DNA of 64,000 nucleotides from an uncultured Spirochaetales bacterium (GCA_964428555.1 CAYRYS010000007.1:3787-67786); one strand, 5' to 3'; numbered from the stretch's first letter, positions 9,736-19,722 are shown. Numbers and translations: made by a program. The notes: a model not told the origin generated them from the sequence alone.

Positions 9736-11346
9736 ATGACACATGGAAATATTATGCTTGTGCTTCACGCTCACCTGCCGTTTGTGCGGCATCCGAAGTA
9801 TAAACATTTTCTGGAAGAAAATTGGTTGTATGAAGCAATCTCTGAAACATATCTCCCGCTTCTCCGAGTGCTTAGAGGGTTTGCAGAGGACAATATCTGT
9901 GCAAAAATTACTCTCTCTATTTCTCCGACTCTTGCTGCGATGCTCGGAGACAAGCTCCTTCAGGAACGTTATGAACAGCATCTTAAAGATTTAATTGTTC
10001 TAGGAGATAAAGAGCTTGAAAGGAATAAAGGAAATAAGGAAGTTTCGGCCCTTGTTCTAAAATATAAAAATGAGTACGAACAAAATTTAGAGGATTTTAC
10101 CCAGAGGTATCAGGCGCAGGTTCTCAGGGCTTTTGCTCTTTTCCAGAAGCAGGGAATGCTGGAGATAATTACTACAGCAGCTACTCATGCCTTCCTGCCC
10201 TTGTATTCAAGTTATCCCCTTGCAGTTAATGCACAGATAGAGTCTGCAGTTAACTGCTACTTGACCCATTTTAATGATACACCGAAAGGACTGTGGCTTC
10301 CTGAATGCGGATATTTTCCGGGGATCGAAGAATATTTGAAACGGCATCATATCTCGTATTTTTTTGCTGCAGCGCACGGGCTTCTCTATGGCGAAAATAC
10401 CCCTAAGCACGGAGTGTTTGCTCCTGTACAGTGTAAAAACGGGGTTCAGGTATTCGGCCGCGATCTGGCATCTACAAAAGCGGTCTGGTCATCTGAAGAA
10501 GGATATCCGGGCGATTATTCCTATCGTGAGTTTTATAGAGATATTGGTTTTGAGCTTGAAAAAAGAGAGCTTTCTCCGTTTATCGAGGAAGATGATTTCC
10601 GTGTATATACCGGATACAAGTATTATGCAATAACCGGTAACTCAGAGGAAAAGCGGATTTATAATCCTGAAGAAGCAAAAGTGAAAGTTGATGAGCATGC
10701 GGAAAACTTTATTTATAGCCGCAAAAAACATACTGCAAAACTATCTGATATAATGGATCGGCCGCCTTTATTTGTGTGTCCCTATGATGCAGAATTGTTC
10801 GGTCATTGGTGGTATGAAGGCCCGCAGTGGATCGATTCAGTAGTCAGAAAAATACACAACGATAATGAAGATAACAGCCTCTCAATGATCCATCCATCTG
10901 AATATTTGGAAAAATATCCGAATAATCAAGAATCTACGCCAGCTTTTTCCAGCTGGGGAAACAAGGGGTATGCAGAGGTATGGCTTGACGGTAGTAATGA
11001 TTGGATTTACAGACATACTCATAAGCTAATTGAACGGATGACAGATCTTGTACGCAGGTATCCGGATGAAACAGGATTGAAAGAACGGGCATTAAACCAG
11101 GCTGCACGGGAGGTTCTGTTAAGCCAGGCGTCTGATTGGCCGTTTATTGTTAATACAGGAACAACCGTACCGTATGCAGTTAAACGGGTAAAAGAACATA
11201 TACACAATTTTACGAAAATCTACGATGCCCTGAGTCAGAATACGGTTTCAACGGAATGGCTTACGAAAATTGAGAGAAAAAATAATCTGTTTCAGGAAAT
11301 CGATTACCGTATGTTCACACCAAGGGGTCAGGATTCGTTGTCCTGA
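9736..11346 (+). CDS. GH57 1,4-alpha-glucan branching enzyme (DUF1957 C-terminal domain)
   Basis: LHAHLPFVRH, EAISETYLPLL, THAFLP, WLPECGY (nucleophile Glu), YDAELFGHWWYEG (acid/base Asp), QASDWPF; ATG 9736 with AAGGA SD. Confidence 0.92.
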   Translation: MTHGNIMLVLHAHLPFVRHPKYKHFLEENWLYEAISETYLPLLRVLRGFAEDNICAKITLSISPTLAAMLGDKLLQERYEQHLKDLIVLGDKELERNKGNKEVSALVLKYKNEYEQNLEDFTQRYQAQVLRAFALFQKQGMLEIITTAATHAFLPLYSSYPLAVNAQIESAVNCYLTHFNDTPKGLWLPECGYFPGIEEYLKRHHISYFFAAAHGLLYGENTPKHGVFAPVQCKNGVQVFGRDLASTKAVWSSEEGYPGDYSYREFYRDIGFELEKRELSPFIEEDDFRVYTGYKYYAITGNSEEKRIYNPEEAKVKVDEHAENFIYSRKKHTAKLSDIMDRPPLFVCPYDAELFGHWWYEGPQWIDSVVRKIHNDNEDNSLSMIHPSEYLEKYPNNQESTPAFSSWGNKGYAEVWLDGSNDWIYRHTHKLIERMTDLVRRYPDETGLKERALNQAAREVLLSQASDWPFIVNTGTTVPYAVKRVKEHIHNFTKIYDALSQNTVSTEWLTKIERKNNLFQEIDYRMFTPRGQDSLS

Positions 11347-11660
11347 GTACAGTCAATGTTCAGCAGGGAAGCAGCACCAATTATTTTAAATGTCTGAAGC
11401 AGGCGGCTGTTACAGGACTGTATTTTCATGTCTTTGTTCTGTTTCTGCAGCCTGGTTTTCATAAGAAGCAGTTTTCCAATGCATGCTGAGTTTATTGCAT
11501 CAACATGCTCCATGTCGAGAATAATCATATCCTTGCCATCTCCTGCAAGCATGGACTTCATGAATGCTTCAAGTCTGTCCTCAGCAGAACTGCCGGTAAG
11601 TGTTCCGATTACTTGATAGGTCTCTGCGTTATCCTCTTCAATTTGTTTTTTAATCACCAT
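11328..11660 (-). CDS. STAS-domain anti-sigma-factor antagonist
   Basis: 110 aa; IILDMEHVDAINSACIGKL matches the STAS phosphorylation loop. Confidence 0.8.
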   Translation of the reverse strand: MVIKKQIEEDNAETYQVIGTLTGSSAEDRLEAFMKSMLAGDGKDMIILDMEHVDAINSACIGKLLLMKTRLQKQNKDMKIQSCNSRLLQTFKIIGAASLLNIDCTQDNES

Positions 11661-11662
11661 TT

Positions 11663-11917
11663 TTACATCCTTCTTTCCGAATCTTCTGCTGCTAGTTCAT
11701 ATATATTTAGTAATTCTAAGTAGAAAAAATGCTGGGTATTGCCTTTGTTTTCACTTTTACGGATTTTATTAACCTTATACGCTATCATCCTGGCTGACGG
11801 CAATGGCCCGGTAAGGGGTCTCCCGTTTAGATCTACAATATCACCAAAGCTAAGGCGATGGGTTATTTCCTGCATTTCTCCTTCAGGATAAACAATAAAA
11901 AATTCTTGGTAATACAA
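11663..11917 (-). CDS. Hypothetical protein
   Basis: 84-aa ORF, TTG start with GGAG SD, ends 2 bp before the STAS gene. Confidence 0.65.
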   Translation of the reverse strand: MYYQEFFIVYPEGEMQEITHRLSFGDIVDLNGRPLTGPLPSARMIAYKVNKIRKSENKGNTQHFFYLELLNIYELAAEDSERRM

Positions 11918-11992
11918 TTTATGCTCCAGTATGTTTTTGTTACATCTACCTGTTTTATATCCGTAGAATATCTCTATTCCGGTTTCTCCTTT

Positions 11993-12022
11993 ATCTTAAA
12001 TGTATTTTTGATAAATTGTAAA
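11993..12022 (-). promoter_or_regulatory. Putative sigma70 promoter of hypothetical-STAS operon
   Basis: Minus strand TTTACA-N18-TAAGAT. Confidence 0.45.
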
Positions 12023-12208
12023 GAGTGTTTCGGATAATCATACTTAAGTCCTAGTTTCTGCGTAAAAAGACAGGACTATCACATCCCGAGATTGGACATA
12101 TTTAAGGTATTAGATTTGTTAATAATAACATCTTCTGTCTACTTAACACGTATGTAGTAATTTAAAAAAATAACAGGAATATTCACAAGATTTCAATTAA
12201 ATACTTTG

Positions 12209-12236
12209 TTGACAAGTGCAAGAAAAGCGGTAGTAT
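12209..12236 (+). promoter_or_regulatory. Putative sigma70 promoter of dcw operon
   Basis: TTGACA (12209-12214), 16 bp spacer, TAGTAT (12231-12236). Confidence 0.6.
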
Positions 12237-12247
12237 TAGATATGTCA

Positions 12248-12282
12248 GTGGGAGGAAGTGGGAGAAAATAGCAAAAAGTGGT
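12248..12282 (+). promoter_or_regulatory. MraZ-binding direct repeats
   Basis: GTGGG (12248), GTGGG (12258), degenerate ATAGC (12268), GTGGT (12278) at 10-bp period just upstream of mraZ. Confidence 0.8.
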
Positions 12283-12290
12283 AGGATAGG

Positions 12291-12731
12291 GTGATAACTG
12301 GAGAATATTATAACTCTTTGGATGAAAAGGGTAGGCTTTTAATTCCGTCGCGTCTCAGGTCGGAAATATCAGGTAACACTCTAGTGCTGACTAGGGGCAT
12401 TGATATATGTCTGTGGCTTTTTCTCCCGGATTCCTGGGCTGCTATTTCCGAAAGCCTAATTGAATCAACTTCGATTTTTCATTCACGGGCTAGGCTGCTC
12501 CAGCGCAGGATAATTGGACCAGCCCAGGAAGTTGAGATTGATAAGGCTGGGAGAATTAATATCTCTTCCTCACTGCGGGATTACGCAAAGCTTGAAAAGG
12601 ATTGCGTGTTTGTTGCTTTGAAAAAATATATCGAGATATGGAGTGAAGAACAGTACAAAGATTATCTGGAAGAAAGCGAATCTGAGTTTAAGGTTGCTGC
12701 GGAAGATCTTGGAGAAAAGATAAAGTTTTAA
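12291..12731 (+). CDS. mraZ: Transcriptional regulator MraZ
   Basis: Two DxxGR motifs (LDEKGRLLIP, IDKAGRI), IEIW; GTG start. Confidence 0.96.
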   Translation: MITGEYYNSLDEKGRLLIPSRLRSEISGNTLVLTRGIDICLWLFLPDSWAAISESLIESTSIFHSRARLLQRRIIGPAQEVEIDKAGRINISSSLRDYAKLEKDCVFVALKKYIEIWSEEQYKDYLEESESEFKVAAEDLGEKIKF

Positions 12732-12745
12732 GAAGAGGAAACAGG

Positions 12746-13696
12746 ATGGAAATTGTCCATTACACAGTAATGGCCCAGAAAGTAGGGGTTTACCTTGCAC
12801 CGGTTAGGCCGAATGCTCTTATTGTTGATGCTACCCTTGGAGAAGGGGGGCATTCGGAAATGTTCCTTCAGCGTTTTCCTGATATTCAGGTTGTCGGTAT
12901 AGATACTGACGAAAAGATATTGGAAAAGGCTGAGAAACGCCTTTCTGCATATAAAGACCGGGTAACCTTTTATCATTCCTGGTTTGATGAGTTCTTTGAA
13001 AACTATCCCAGCACATTGGAAGCACCTGATAGAGTGCTCTTTGACTTTGGTGTTTCAATGTTTCATTTTAAGGAAGCTGATCGGGGATTTAGTTTTGGAG
13101 GGGAAGAAAAGCTTGATATGCGACTGAACCCTGACTCTGGAATAAGTGCGGCTGAAATTGTAAATACCTGGGACAAGAAGGAATTGGAGAAAATATTCTT
13201 TCAATACGGGGAAGAGCAGTTTTCCAGGAGAATTGCAGAGAGGATTTGCAGGGAACGGAACGAAAATAGAATAACTACTTCTAAGCTGCTTGCAGAAATT
13301 GTACGAAAGGCAGTACCAAAAGGGAAATCCGGTAAACACGTGCATCCAGCGACTAGGGTTTTTCAGGCACTGCGTATTACTGTGAATAGTGAACTCGAGC
13401 GGATTGAATCCGGATTATCATATTCCTTTCAGCACCTTACAATCGGCGGGAGAATCGGCGCAATATCCTTTCATTCATTGGAGGACAGGATTGTGAAGCA
13501 CTATTTTAAATGGCTGAATAAATCCTGTATTTGTCCGGAAAATACGCCGATGTGTAAATGTGAGGGGGAATCGGCAGCCAAGATATTAACGAAAAAGCCG
13601 ATTTATCCTTCTGATGAAGAAATACAGGAGAATCCTCCTTCGCGGAGTGCGAAATTCCGATGTATTGAAAAGATAGCTGAAAGGAATAGCCGATGA
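12746..13696 (+). CDS. rsmH: 16S rRNA m4C1402 methyltransferase RsmH
   Basis: DATLGEGGHS, RGFSF, LDMR, HPATRVFQALRI, SFHSLEDRIVK, NPPSRSAK. Confidence 0.97.
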   Translation: MEIVHYTVMAQKVGVYLAPVRPNALIVDATLGEGGHSEMFLQRFPDIQVVGIDTDEKILEKAEKRLSAYKDRVTFYHSWFDEFFENYPSTLEAPDRVLFDFGVSMFHFKEADRGFSFGGEEKLDMRLNPDSGISAAEIVNTWDKKELEKIFFQYGEEQFSRRIAERICRERNENRITTSKLLAEIVRKAVPKGKSGKHVHPATRVFQALRITVNSELERIESGLSYSFQHLTIGGRIGAISFHSLEDRIVKHYFKWLNKSCICPENTPMCKCEGESAAKILTKKPIYPSDEEIQENPPSRSAKFRCIEKIAERNSR

Positions 13697-13986
13697 AGCG
13701 AAAAATACTATTTGCTCTTATATGTACAGTACCTGTTTTGCTGCTTACGGATGTATGGCAGGTCTTTCGATACAGGTCCTTGCAGAGTGAGCTGGTAAGG
13801 CTCGAGGAAGAACAAAGGGAAGTGCTGGAAGAGAATAAACGGAATATTGCCGGTATTGCTGCTTTGCAGTCACCGGAACGCATAGACAGCTTGGCGAGAG
13901 ATCAGCTGGATTTAGAGAAAGCGGAGAATTCGGAAACCATCCGGATACTACTTCCGCAGAGAGGACGGAACCAGGATGGCTCTTGA
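13693..13986 (+). CDS. ftsL: Cell division protein FtsL-like
   Basis: 97 aa, N-terminal TM, coiled coil, SPERI motif; position after rsmH. Confidence 0.8.
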   Translation: MKRKILFALICTVPVLLLTDVWQVFRYRSLQSELVRLEEEQREVLEENKRNIAGIAALQSPERIDSLARDQLDLEKAENSETIRILLPQRGRNQDGS

Positions 13987-15406
13987 AATAGGGCTCATTA
14001 TTCAGGATTTACTCGATTTCACGAATGCTGAGGTATATGCACCATTAGGGCTGCCTGCTTCAAAAATATCGTCGATTGCCTTGGATTCACGGGATTGTGA
14101 CGATAACTGTCTCTTTGTCGCTTTAAAAGGAGAGAGGACTGACGGCCATGCATATATTGCATCTGCAGCGCGTGCAGGGGCTTCGTTCTTTTTGGTAGAG
14201 CCAAAAGAGTTTGAACAGAGAAGAGAAGAGTATTCACAGATTGCCGAGTCAGGGGGTGTGTTTTTTCTTTCGGATAATACCTTGAAAGCGCTTCAGGATG
14301 CAGCTCAAGGGTATCTGAGAAAAAGGGTTTCACCATTCAAAATAGGGATAACTGGAAGCAGCGGTAAGACAACAACTAAAGAGATTATTGGCGCAATTTT
14401 AAGAGAAGCCGGTAAAACGAGGGTGAATCCAGGAAACTATAATTCTGAGATTGGTCTGCCTGTAGCAGCTTTAATGGTAAAGCCGGAAGATGAATACGCT
14501 GTTTTTGAAATGGGCATAAACCATAAGGGGGAGATGAATGTTCTTGAGAATATCGTTTTTCCTGACGCAGGTGTTATTACAAACATCGGGTCTGCCCATA
14601 TCGGTATTCTCGGCACACGTACTGCAATAGCTGAAGAAAAAAGAAAAATTTTTTCCAGTTTTTCAACGGACCAGGTTGCATGTATGTGGGAAGATGATGA
14701 TTTTTTCAATTATATAGCAGAAAGAACAGCTTGCGAGCTTATACCTTACGGTGTTCGCTCAACAGCAGGTTTGGAAGATATTACGGATATGGGTTTGGAT
14801 GGTTCTATCATCAACTGGGAGGGGATCCATATCCGTTTTCCTTTAATCGGAAAGCATAATGCCGTAAATGCATTAGGTGCAATAACCCTATGCTCTGCAA
14901 TCGGCATTAGCAAAGAAGCGATAGCTCAGGGCCTTGAAAAGGTGAGGCCCCTTTTCGGCAGAGGCAGGATTACAAAAGGGGATGTTTCTTTTGTAGAAGA
15001 TTACTATAACGCGAATCCGGATTCCATGGTGAAGGCAATAGACGCATTTTTTGCTCTCCCATGGACCGGAAGGAAGAAGATAGTCCTTGGTGCGATGAAA
15101 GAACTGGGAGGTTCTGCTCGGCACGAACATAAAAAGGTCTTTGAACACGTCCGTTCTTATGGGGTTGACATGGTCTTTCTCTTTGGGGAAGAATGGCCGG
15201 TCCCGGATGTGCCAGGCAGTATGATTCGTACTACTGACTATTCTTCCCTTCATTCACAATTCCGAGATAACCTTGAACCAGGGGATCTGGTGCTTGTGAA
15301 GGGATCACGGAGTATGCGGTTGGAACGTCTTGTAGCTGAATGGAACACAGGGAATGATAATCTGCAGAAAAAAGCTGCGGAAGGTAAAGGAGAGGGCCTT
15401 GTTTAA
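13976..15406 (+). CDS. murF: UDP-MurNAc-tripeptide:D-Ala-D-Ala ligase
   Basis: DSR, LKGERTDGH, ITGSSGKTTTK, NYNSEIGLP, EMG, YNANPDS, MKELG, KGSR. Confidence 0.95.
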   Translation: MALEIGLIIQDLLDFTNAEVYAPLGLPASKISSIALDSRDCDDNCLFVALKGERTDGHAYIASAARAGASFFLVEPKEFEQRREEYSQIAESGGVFFLSDNTLKALQDAAQGYLRKRVSPFKIGITGSSGKTTTKEIIGAILREAGKTRVNPGNYNSEIGLPVAALMVKPEDEYAVFEMGINHKGEMNVLENIVFPDAGVITNIGSAHIGILGTRTAIAEEKRKIFSSFSTDQVACMWEDDDFFNYIAERTACELIPYGVRSTAGLEDITDMGLDGSIINWEGIHIRFPLIGKHNAVNALGAITLCSAIGISKEAIAQGLEKVRPLFGRGRITKGDVSFVEDYYNANPDSMVKAIDAFFALPWTGRKKIVLGAMKELGGSARHEHKKVFEHVRSYGVDMVFLFGEEWPVPDVPGSMIRTTDYSSLHSQFRDNLEPGDLVLVKGSRSMRLERLVAEWNTGNDNLQKKAAEGKGEGLV

Positions 15407-16475
15407 GTTTTTATATGACCTAAGAAATATATTTACTCCATTTAACATATTCCAGTATATTTCTTTCCGTGCAGCCTATGCAGCTGTTACCGCACTGCTT
15501 CTGGCCTTTCTGTTTGGGCCAGCAACAATCCGTTTGTTGCGCAAGCTGAAGGCAGGACAGGAAGTACGGGAGGATGGACCTCAGACGCACTTGAAAAAAA
15601 GCGGTACACCTACAATGGGCGGCCTGCTTATAAATTTGTGTATTGTGATCTCATCCCTTTTATGGCAGGATCTGAGGTCAATCCATACCTGGATAATCAT
15701 ATTTTCCGTGGTTGCATTTGGAGGGCTTGGGTTCCTCGATGACTCCCTCAAAATCTTTAGAAAAAATTCTGTAGGCTTACGGGCAAGCGTAAAGTTTATC
15801 GGCCAAATTGTTGTTGCGTCGATTATCGTTTTACTTATCTACTTTAATGGGAATGAGACTACTACATTACTTTATGTACCCTTTTTTAAGCATCCGGTAT
15901 TGGACCTTTCTGTTCTGTATATTCCATTTGGTGTCCTGCTTCTGGTTGGAACAGCAAACGCAGTAAACTTGACTGACGGCTTGGATGGGCTTGCTACAGG
16001 GCTCGTTATTCTTGTGGGAATTACCTTTGCAGCTCTAGCGTATCTGACAGGCCGTTTTGATTTTGCTACTGACTTGAACCTGCCGTTTGTACAGAATGCC
16101 ACAGAGTTTACTATTGTTTGTCTCGGGCTTGTCGGTGCATGCGTGGGCTTTTTATGGTTTAACGCTCACCCGGCAGAAGTGATGATGGGAGATACCGGAT
16201 CTCTAGCTTTGGGCGGGGTGATTGGTGTTATTGCAATGCTGATTAAAAAGGAAATACTCCTAATAGTTGTAGGGGGTGTGTTTGTTCTTGAGTGTCTCTC
16301 TGTAATCATTCAGGTTGTATCATATAAACTGCGGAAGAAGCGGGTATTTAAAATGGCGCCTCTTCATCATCATTTTGAATTAATCGGGTGGGCGGAGACA
16401 AAGGTAGTTACCCGGTTTTGGATACTCGGCGGATTATTTGCCATATTGGCATTATCAACATTAAAAATTCAGTAG
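15399..16475 (+). CDS. mraY: Phospho-MurNAc-pentapeptide transferase
   Basis: TTG 15399 with AAGGAG SD; GTPTMGG, NAVNLTDGLDGL, MGDTGSL, MAPLHHHFE. Confidence 0.97.
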   Translation: MFKFLYDLRNIFTPFNIFQYISFRAAYAAVTALLLAFLFGPATIRLLRKLKAGQEVREDGPQTHLKKSGTPTMGGLLINLCIVISSLLWQDLRSIHTWIIIFSVVAFGGLGFLDDSLKIFRKNSVGLRASVKFIGQIVVASIIVLLIYFNGNETTTLLYVPFFKHPVLDLSVLYIPFGVLLLVGTANAVNLTDGLDGLATGLVILVGITFAALAYLTGRFDFATDLNLPFVQNATEFTIVCLGLVGACVGFLWFNAHPAEVMMGDTGSLALGGVIGVIAMLIKKEILLIVVGGVFVLECLSVIIQVVSYKLRKKRVFKMAPLHHHFELIGWAETKVVTRFWILGGLFAILALSTLKIQ

Positions 16476-16480
16476 GAAAA

Positions 16481-17617
16481 ATGGGAAAGTATTTTACTGT
16501 AGAGCGGGTTAAAAACAGATCAATAGACTATATCCTCCTTTCAATCGTTATTCTTTTACTAGGTACCGGTCTGGCTGCTTTGTTTTCTGCCTCCTACTTT
16601 TATTCCGGGGTGTTGTATGAGGATGCTCTGTATATATTTAAAAAGCAGCTCATACTTACTGGTGTAGGGATAATTTCAATAATTTTTCTCTCCAGGTTAA
16701 CAAAGGAAGGTCTGAAAAAGCTGATACCTCTTTTCCTTGTTTCATCCTTTGTTCTTTCTCTTCTGACTTTTGTTCCCGGTATTGGCGCGGAGATTCTCGG
16801 TGCAAGAAGATGGATACGGCTGTTCGGATTTTCTTTCCAGCCATCAGAACTGGTCAAGTTTTCCATTATTCTTTACCTTGCGCATATTTTAAGTAAAAAA
16901 CAGGAGAGGATAGATGATCTTGTTAATACAATCCTCCCGCCTGTGCTGATTGTCGGGGTTTTTACGTTTCTTATTTACGCGCAGAATGACTTTTCAACAG
17001 CAATGTTTGTCCTGGTTATTTCCCTTGCAATGTTTTTTATTGCCAATGTAAGGGTGCTATATTTTGTATTGCTTGGTACTATTACCATTCCTCTCGGCCT
17101 GATCCTGTTGTTTACAAAGGAGCATAGGGTGCAAAGGCTGATCGCCTTTTTGAACCCTCAGACAGACCCAATTGGAGCAGGTTACCAAATACTCGCAGCT
17201 GAGCGTGCGCTTCTGCATGGCGGGCTTTGGGGTGAAGGTCTTGGACTTGGAACCCGGAAGCTCGGCGGTCTTCCTGAAGCGCATTCGGATTTTATTTTCG
17301 CAGTGGTCGGTGAGGAAATGGGGTTTATTGGTGTTCTTTTCATTATTTCCCTGTTTTTTGCATTTGCTGTACGGGGCTACATGGTTGCTCTGCGCAGTGA
17401 GAATAATTTCACATATTTCCTGGCCTTTGGGATAACGACCAGTATCTTTTTTCAGGCCTTATTCAACATGGCGGTTGTAGGAGGAATTGTACCTGCAACC
17501 GGAATACCACTGCCCTTTTTTTCATCAGGCGGGTCCAGCATCCTTCTTTCCCTCTGTATGGTCGGAGTGTTATTAAATCTCTCCAGGTCAAACGAAAAGG
17601 AGGAGAATTATGTCTGA
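16481..17617 (+). CDS. ftsW: SEDS peptidoglycan polymerase FtsW
   Basis: GARRWI, QPSELVK, LPEAHSDFIF, P-TGIPLPF-S-GGSS. Confidence 0.95.
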   Translation: MGKYFTVERVKNRSIDYILLSIVILLLGTGLAALFSASYFYSGVLYEDALYIFKKQLILTGVGIISIIFLSRLTKEGLKKLIPLFLVSSFVLSLLTFVPGIGAEILGARRWIRLFGFSFQPSELVKFSIILYLAHILSKKQERIDDLVNTILPPVLIVGVFTFLIYAQNDFSTAMFVLVISLAMFFIANVRVLYFVLLGTITIPLGLILLFTKEHRVQRLIAFLNPQTDPIGAGYQILAAERALLHGGLWGEGLGLGTRKLGGLPEAHSDFIFAVVGEEMGFIGVLFIISLFFAFAVRGYMVALRSENNFTYFLAFGITTSIFFQALFNMAVVGGIVPATGIPLPFFSSGGSSILLSLCMVGVLLNLSRSNEKEENYV

Positions 17618-18419
17618 AGCAGTGCTGTCTCCATTTAATAGCTGTAATAAAAAAAAGACGAAAAGTATGAATAAGGTTTTAATGGCTGTTATTATAATAC
17701 TTACCCTTATTATTCTTTTAGAAGTAGCTTTTTATTTGTTTGTAGCTCCGAATATGATTATCAATGAAATAGTAATAAACGGTGTTATAGATTTATCCAA
17801 TGAAGAAATTGTTGATATTGCCGCGCTTGGAGGCAGAAAATACTTCTTTTCCCTAGATGTAAGAAATGTCCGTGAGCGACTGGAATCCCACTATCTTGTC
17901 CGGAGCGCAGAAGTTGAAAAGGTTTTTCCGGATTCGATTGAAATAACACTGACTGCAAGGGAACCATTAGCAATGGCCCTAGTTGCAAGTGAAGAACGGA
18001 CAGTTCCTATTGTCTTTGATTCTGAAGGAGTTGTATTTCAAATCGGCAGGTCTGTGAGAGATTTTAATCTCCCGGTGGTTTCAGGCCTGCGTTTTGAGAG
18101 TTTCTCCCTTGGGCAGCAGCTTCCAAGGCAGTTATCCAGCTTTTTTCAAGATTTACAGGAACTACGGCAATCTGAGCCGGAGTTATTATCAGCTATTTCT
18201 GAAGTACAAGTAGTGAGAAGGAATGAGGTTGATTTTGAGCTTTTGCTATATCCGTCCCATTACAATATTCCGGTTCGCACAGGAAGTGAATTGAATGAAA
18301 CGCTCTTAGAATATATATTGATGGTACTGGACGTAGTAGAAACAAGAGGATATGCTGAAAACATGGAAGAAATTGATTTCCGCACCGGAGAGATAGTATA
18401 CCAGGTGAGGGAGGAGTGA
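17610..18419 (+). CDS. ftsQ: Cell division protein FtsQ/DivIB
   Basis: N-terminal TM, POTRA-like region (VRSAEVEKVFPD), C-terminal IDFR; between ftsW and ftsA. Confidence 0.88.
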   Translation: MSEAVLSPFNSCNKKKTKSMNKVLMAVIIILTLIILLEVAFYLFVAPNMIINEIVINGVIDLSNEEIVDIAALGGRKYFFSLDVRNVRERLESHYLVRSAEVEKVFPDSIEITLTAREPLAMALVASEERTVPIVFDSEGVVFQIGRSVRDFNLPVVSGLRFESFSLGQQLPRQLSSFFQDLQELRQSEPELLSAISEVQVVRRNEVDFELLLYPSHYNIPVRTGSELNETLLEYILMVLDVVETRGYAENMEEIDFRTGEIVYQVREE

Positions 18420-18423
18420 ACTG

Positions 18424-19656
18424 TTGCCATCGGATAATCTTATAATCGGATTAGATATTGGAACTACAAAAGTTTGCGCCATTATTGGTGAAAAGAACGA
18501 AATGGGACATATTGATATCATTGGGGTTGGAGAAAGCCCCTCGAAAGGGCTCCGCCAGGGAGTTGTTATTAATATAGAAGCAACTCAGCAGTCTGTGAAA
18601 GAAGCTGTCGAAGCAGCTGAAATGATGTCAGGACGGGAGGTCCAAGGTGTTTTTACCGGTATAGCAGGCGGACACATAGAAGGAATTAACTCAAGGGGTG
18701 TTGTTGCAGTTACCGGCAGAGACAGGGAAATTGCAAAAGAAGATGTTCATCGTGTTATAGAAGCAGCAAAGGCGATAGTTATTCCCATGGACCGGGAGGT
18801 GCTCCATGTAATACCTCAAGAATTCATTGTTGATGATCAAGGGGGTATACGGAACCCATTGGACATGATCGGTGTGCGCTTAGAAGCTGAGGTTCATATT
18901 ATTACCGGTTCGGTAACCTCAGCACAAAACCTGGTTAAATGCGTAAACCGTTCCGGATTCAGGGTGAACGATATAATTCTGGAAAGCCTGGCTTCTGCAC
19001 GGGCTGTTTTTTCACATGATGAAAAAGAACTGGGTGCTTTGTTAATTGATCTTGGCGGAGGGACTACGGATGTGCTTGTATACCTTGAAGGCGCTCCGTA
19101 TCATACGAGTGTAATCTCTCTCGGGGGAAACCAAGTTACTAATGATCTTTCAATACTCCTTAAAACGCCAATGGAATCAGCAGAAAAAATTAAGCGTAAC
19201 TCCGGGGCTTGTCATCTCTCAGTAGTAACGAATGATGAAGAAGTGATCATCCCCGGTGTTGGAGGAAGAAAACCCTTTGCTATTTCCCGTGCAGAGGTAT
19301 GTAAGATAATCCAACCGCGCATGGCTGAAATATTCCGTATGGTACGGGAAAGTATAGAGAAGAAAGGATATCTCCGTCATTTAGGAGGCGGAGTGGTGTT
19401 AACCGGAGGCGGAGCGCTCATGCCTGGAGCTGTGGACCTTGCTCAGGAAATATTTAATTTACCTGCCCGGGTCGGCTATCCGACAAAGCTCGGCGGACTG
19501 GTTGAGGAGTATAATAGTCCAATATATGCAACAGGCGTTGGTCTGGTGCAGTATGGTGCAGAATCGATATCCGGCGGCGGCAGGTATGAAGGCGGTCCTG
19601 CGAAAAAGTCATCGATTGTAGATAAAATACGTCTTTGGTTACAGGAATTTTTTTAA
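18424..19656 (+). CDS. ftsA: Cell division protein FtsA
   Basis: GLDIGTTKV, IDLGGGTTD, VLTGGGA, C-terminal amphipathic WLQEFF. Confidence 0.97.
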   Translation: MPSDNLIIGLDIGTTKVCAIIGEKNEMGHIDIIGVGESPSKGLRQGVVINIEATQQSVKEAVEAAEMMSGREVQGVFTGIAGGHIEGINSRGVVAVTGRDREIAKEDVHRVIEAAKAIVIPMDREVLHVIPQEFIVDDQGGIRNPLDMIGVRLEAEVHIITGSVTSAQNLVKCVNRSGFRVNDIILESLASARAVFSHDEKELGALLIDLGGGTTDVLVYLEGAPYHTSVISLGGNQVTNDLSILLKTPMESAEKIKRNSGACHLSVVTNDEEVIIPGVGGRKPFAISRAEVCKIIQPRMAEIFRMVRESIEKKGYLRHLGGGVVLTGGGALMPGAVDLAQEIFNLPARVGYPTKLGGLVEEYNSPIYATGVGLVQYGAESISGGGRYEGGPAKKSSIVDKIRLWLQEFF

Positions 19657-19722
19657 TTATTTTGTTTCATCTTCAGTATGGCCTGCTGGAGGTGCGATTT
19701 TTACACAATTTTGGGAGGGGAT

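Noticed and set aside
12023-12208. AT-rich intergenic stretch with a weak GTCCT...AGGAC hairpin as a possible sRNA or riboswitch
   Set aside because: Short imperfect stem, no recognisable RNA family or terminator; explained as spacer between divergent promoters
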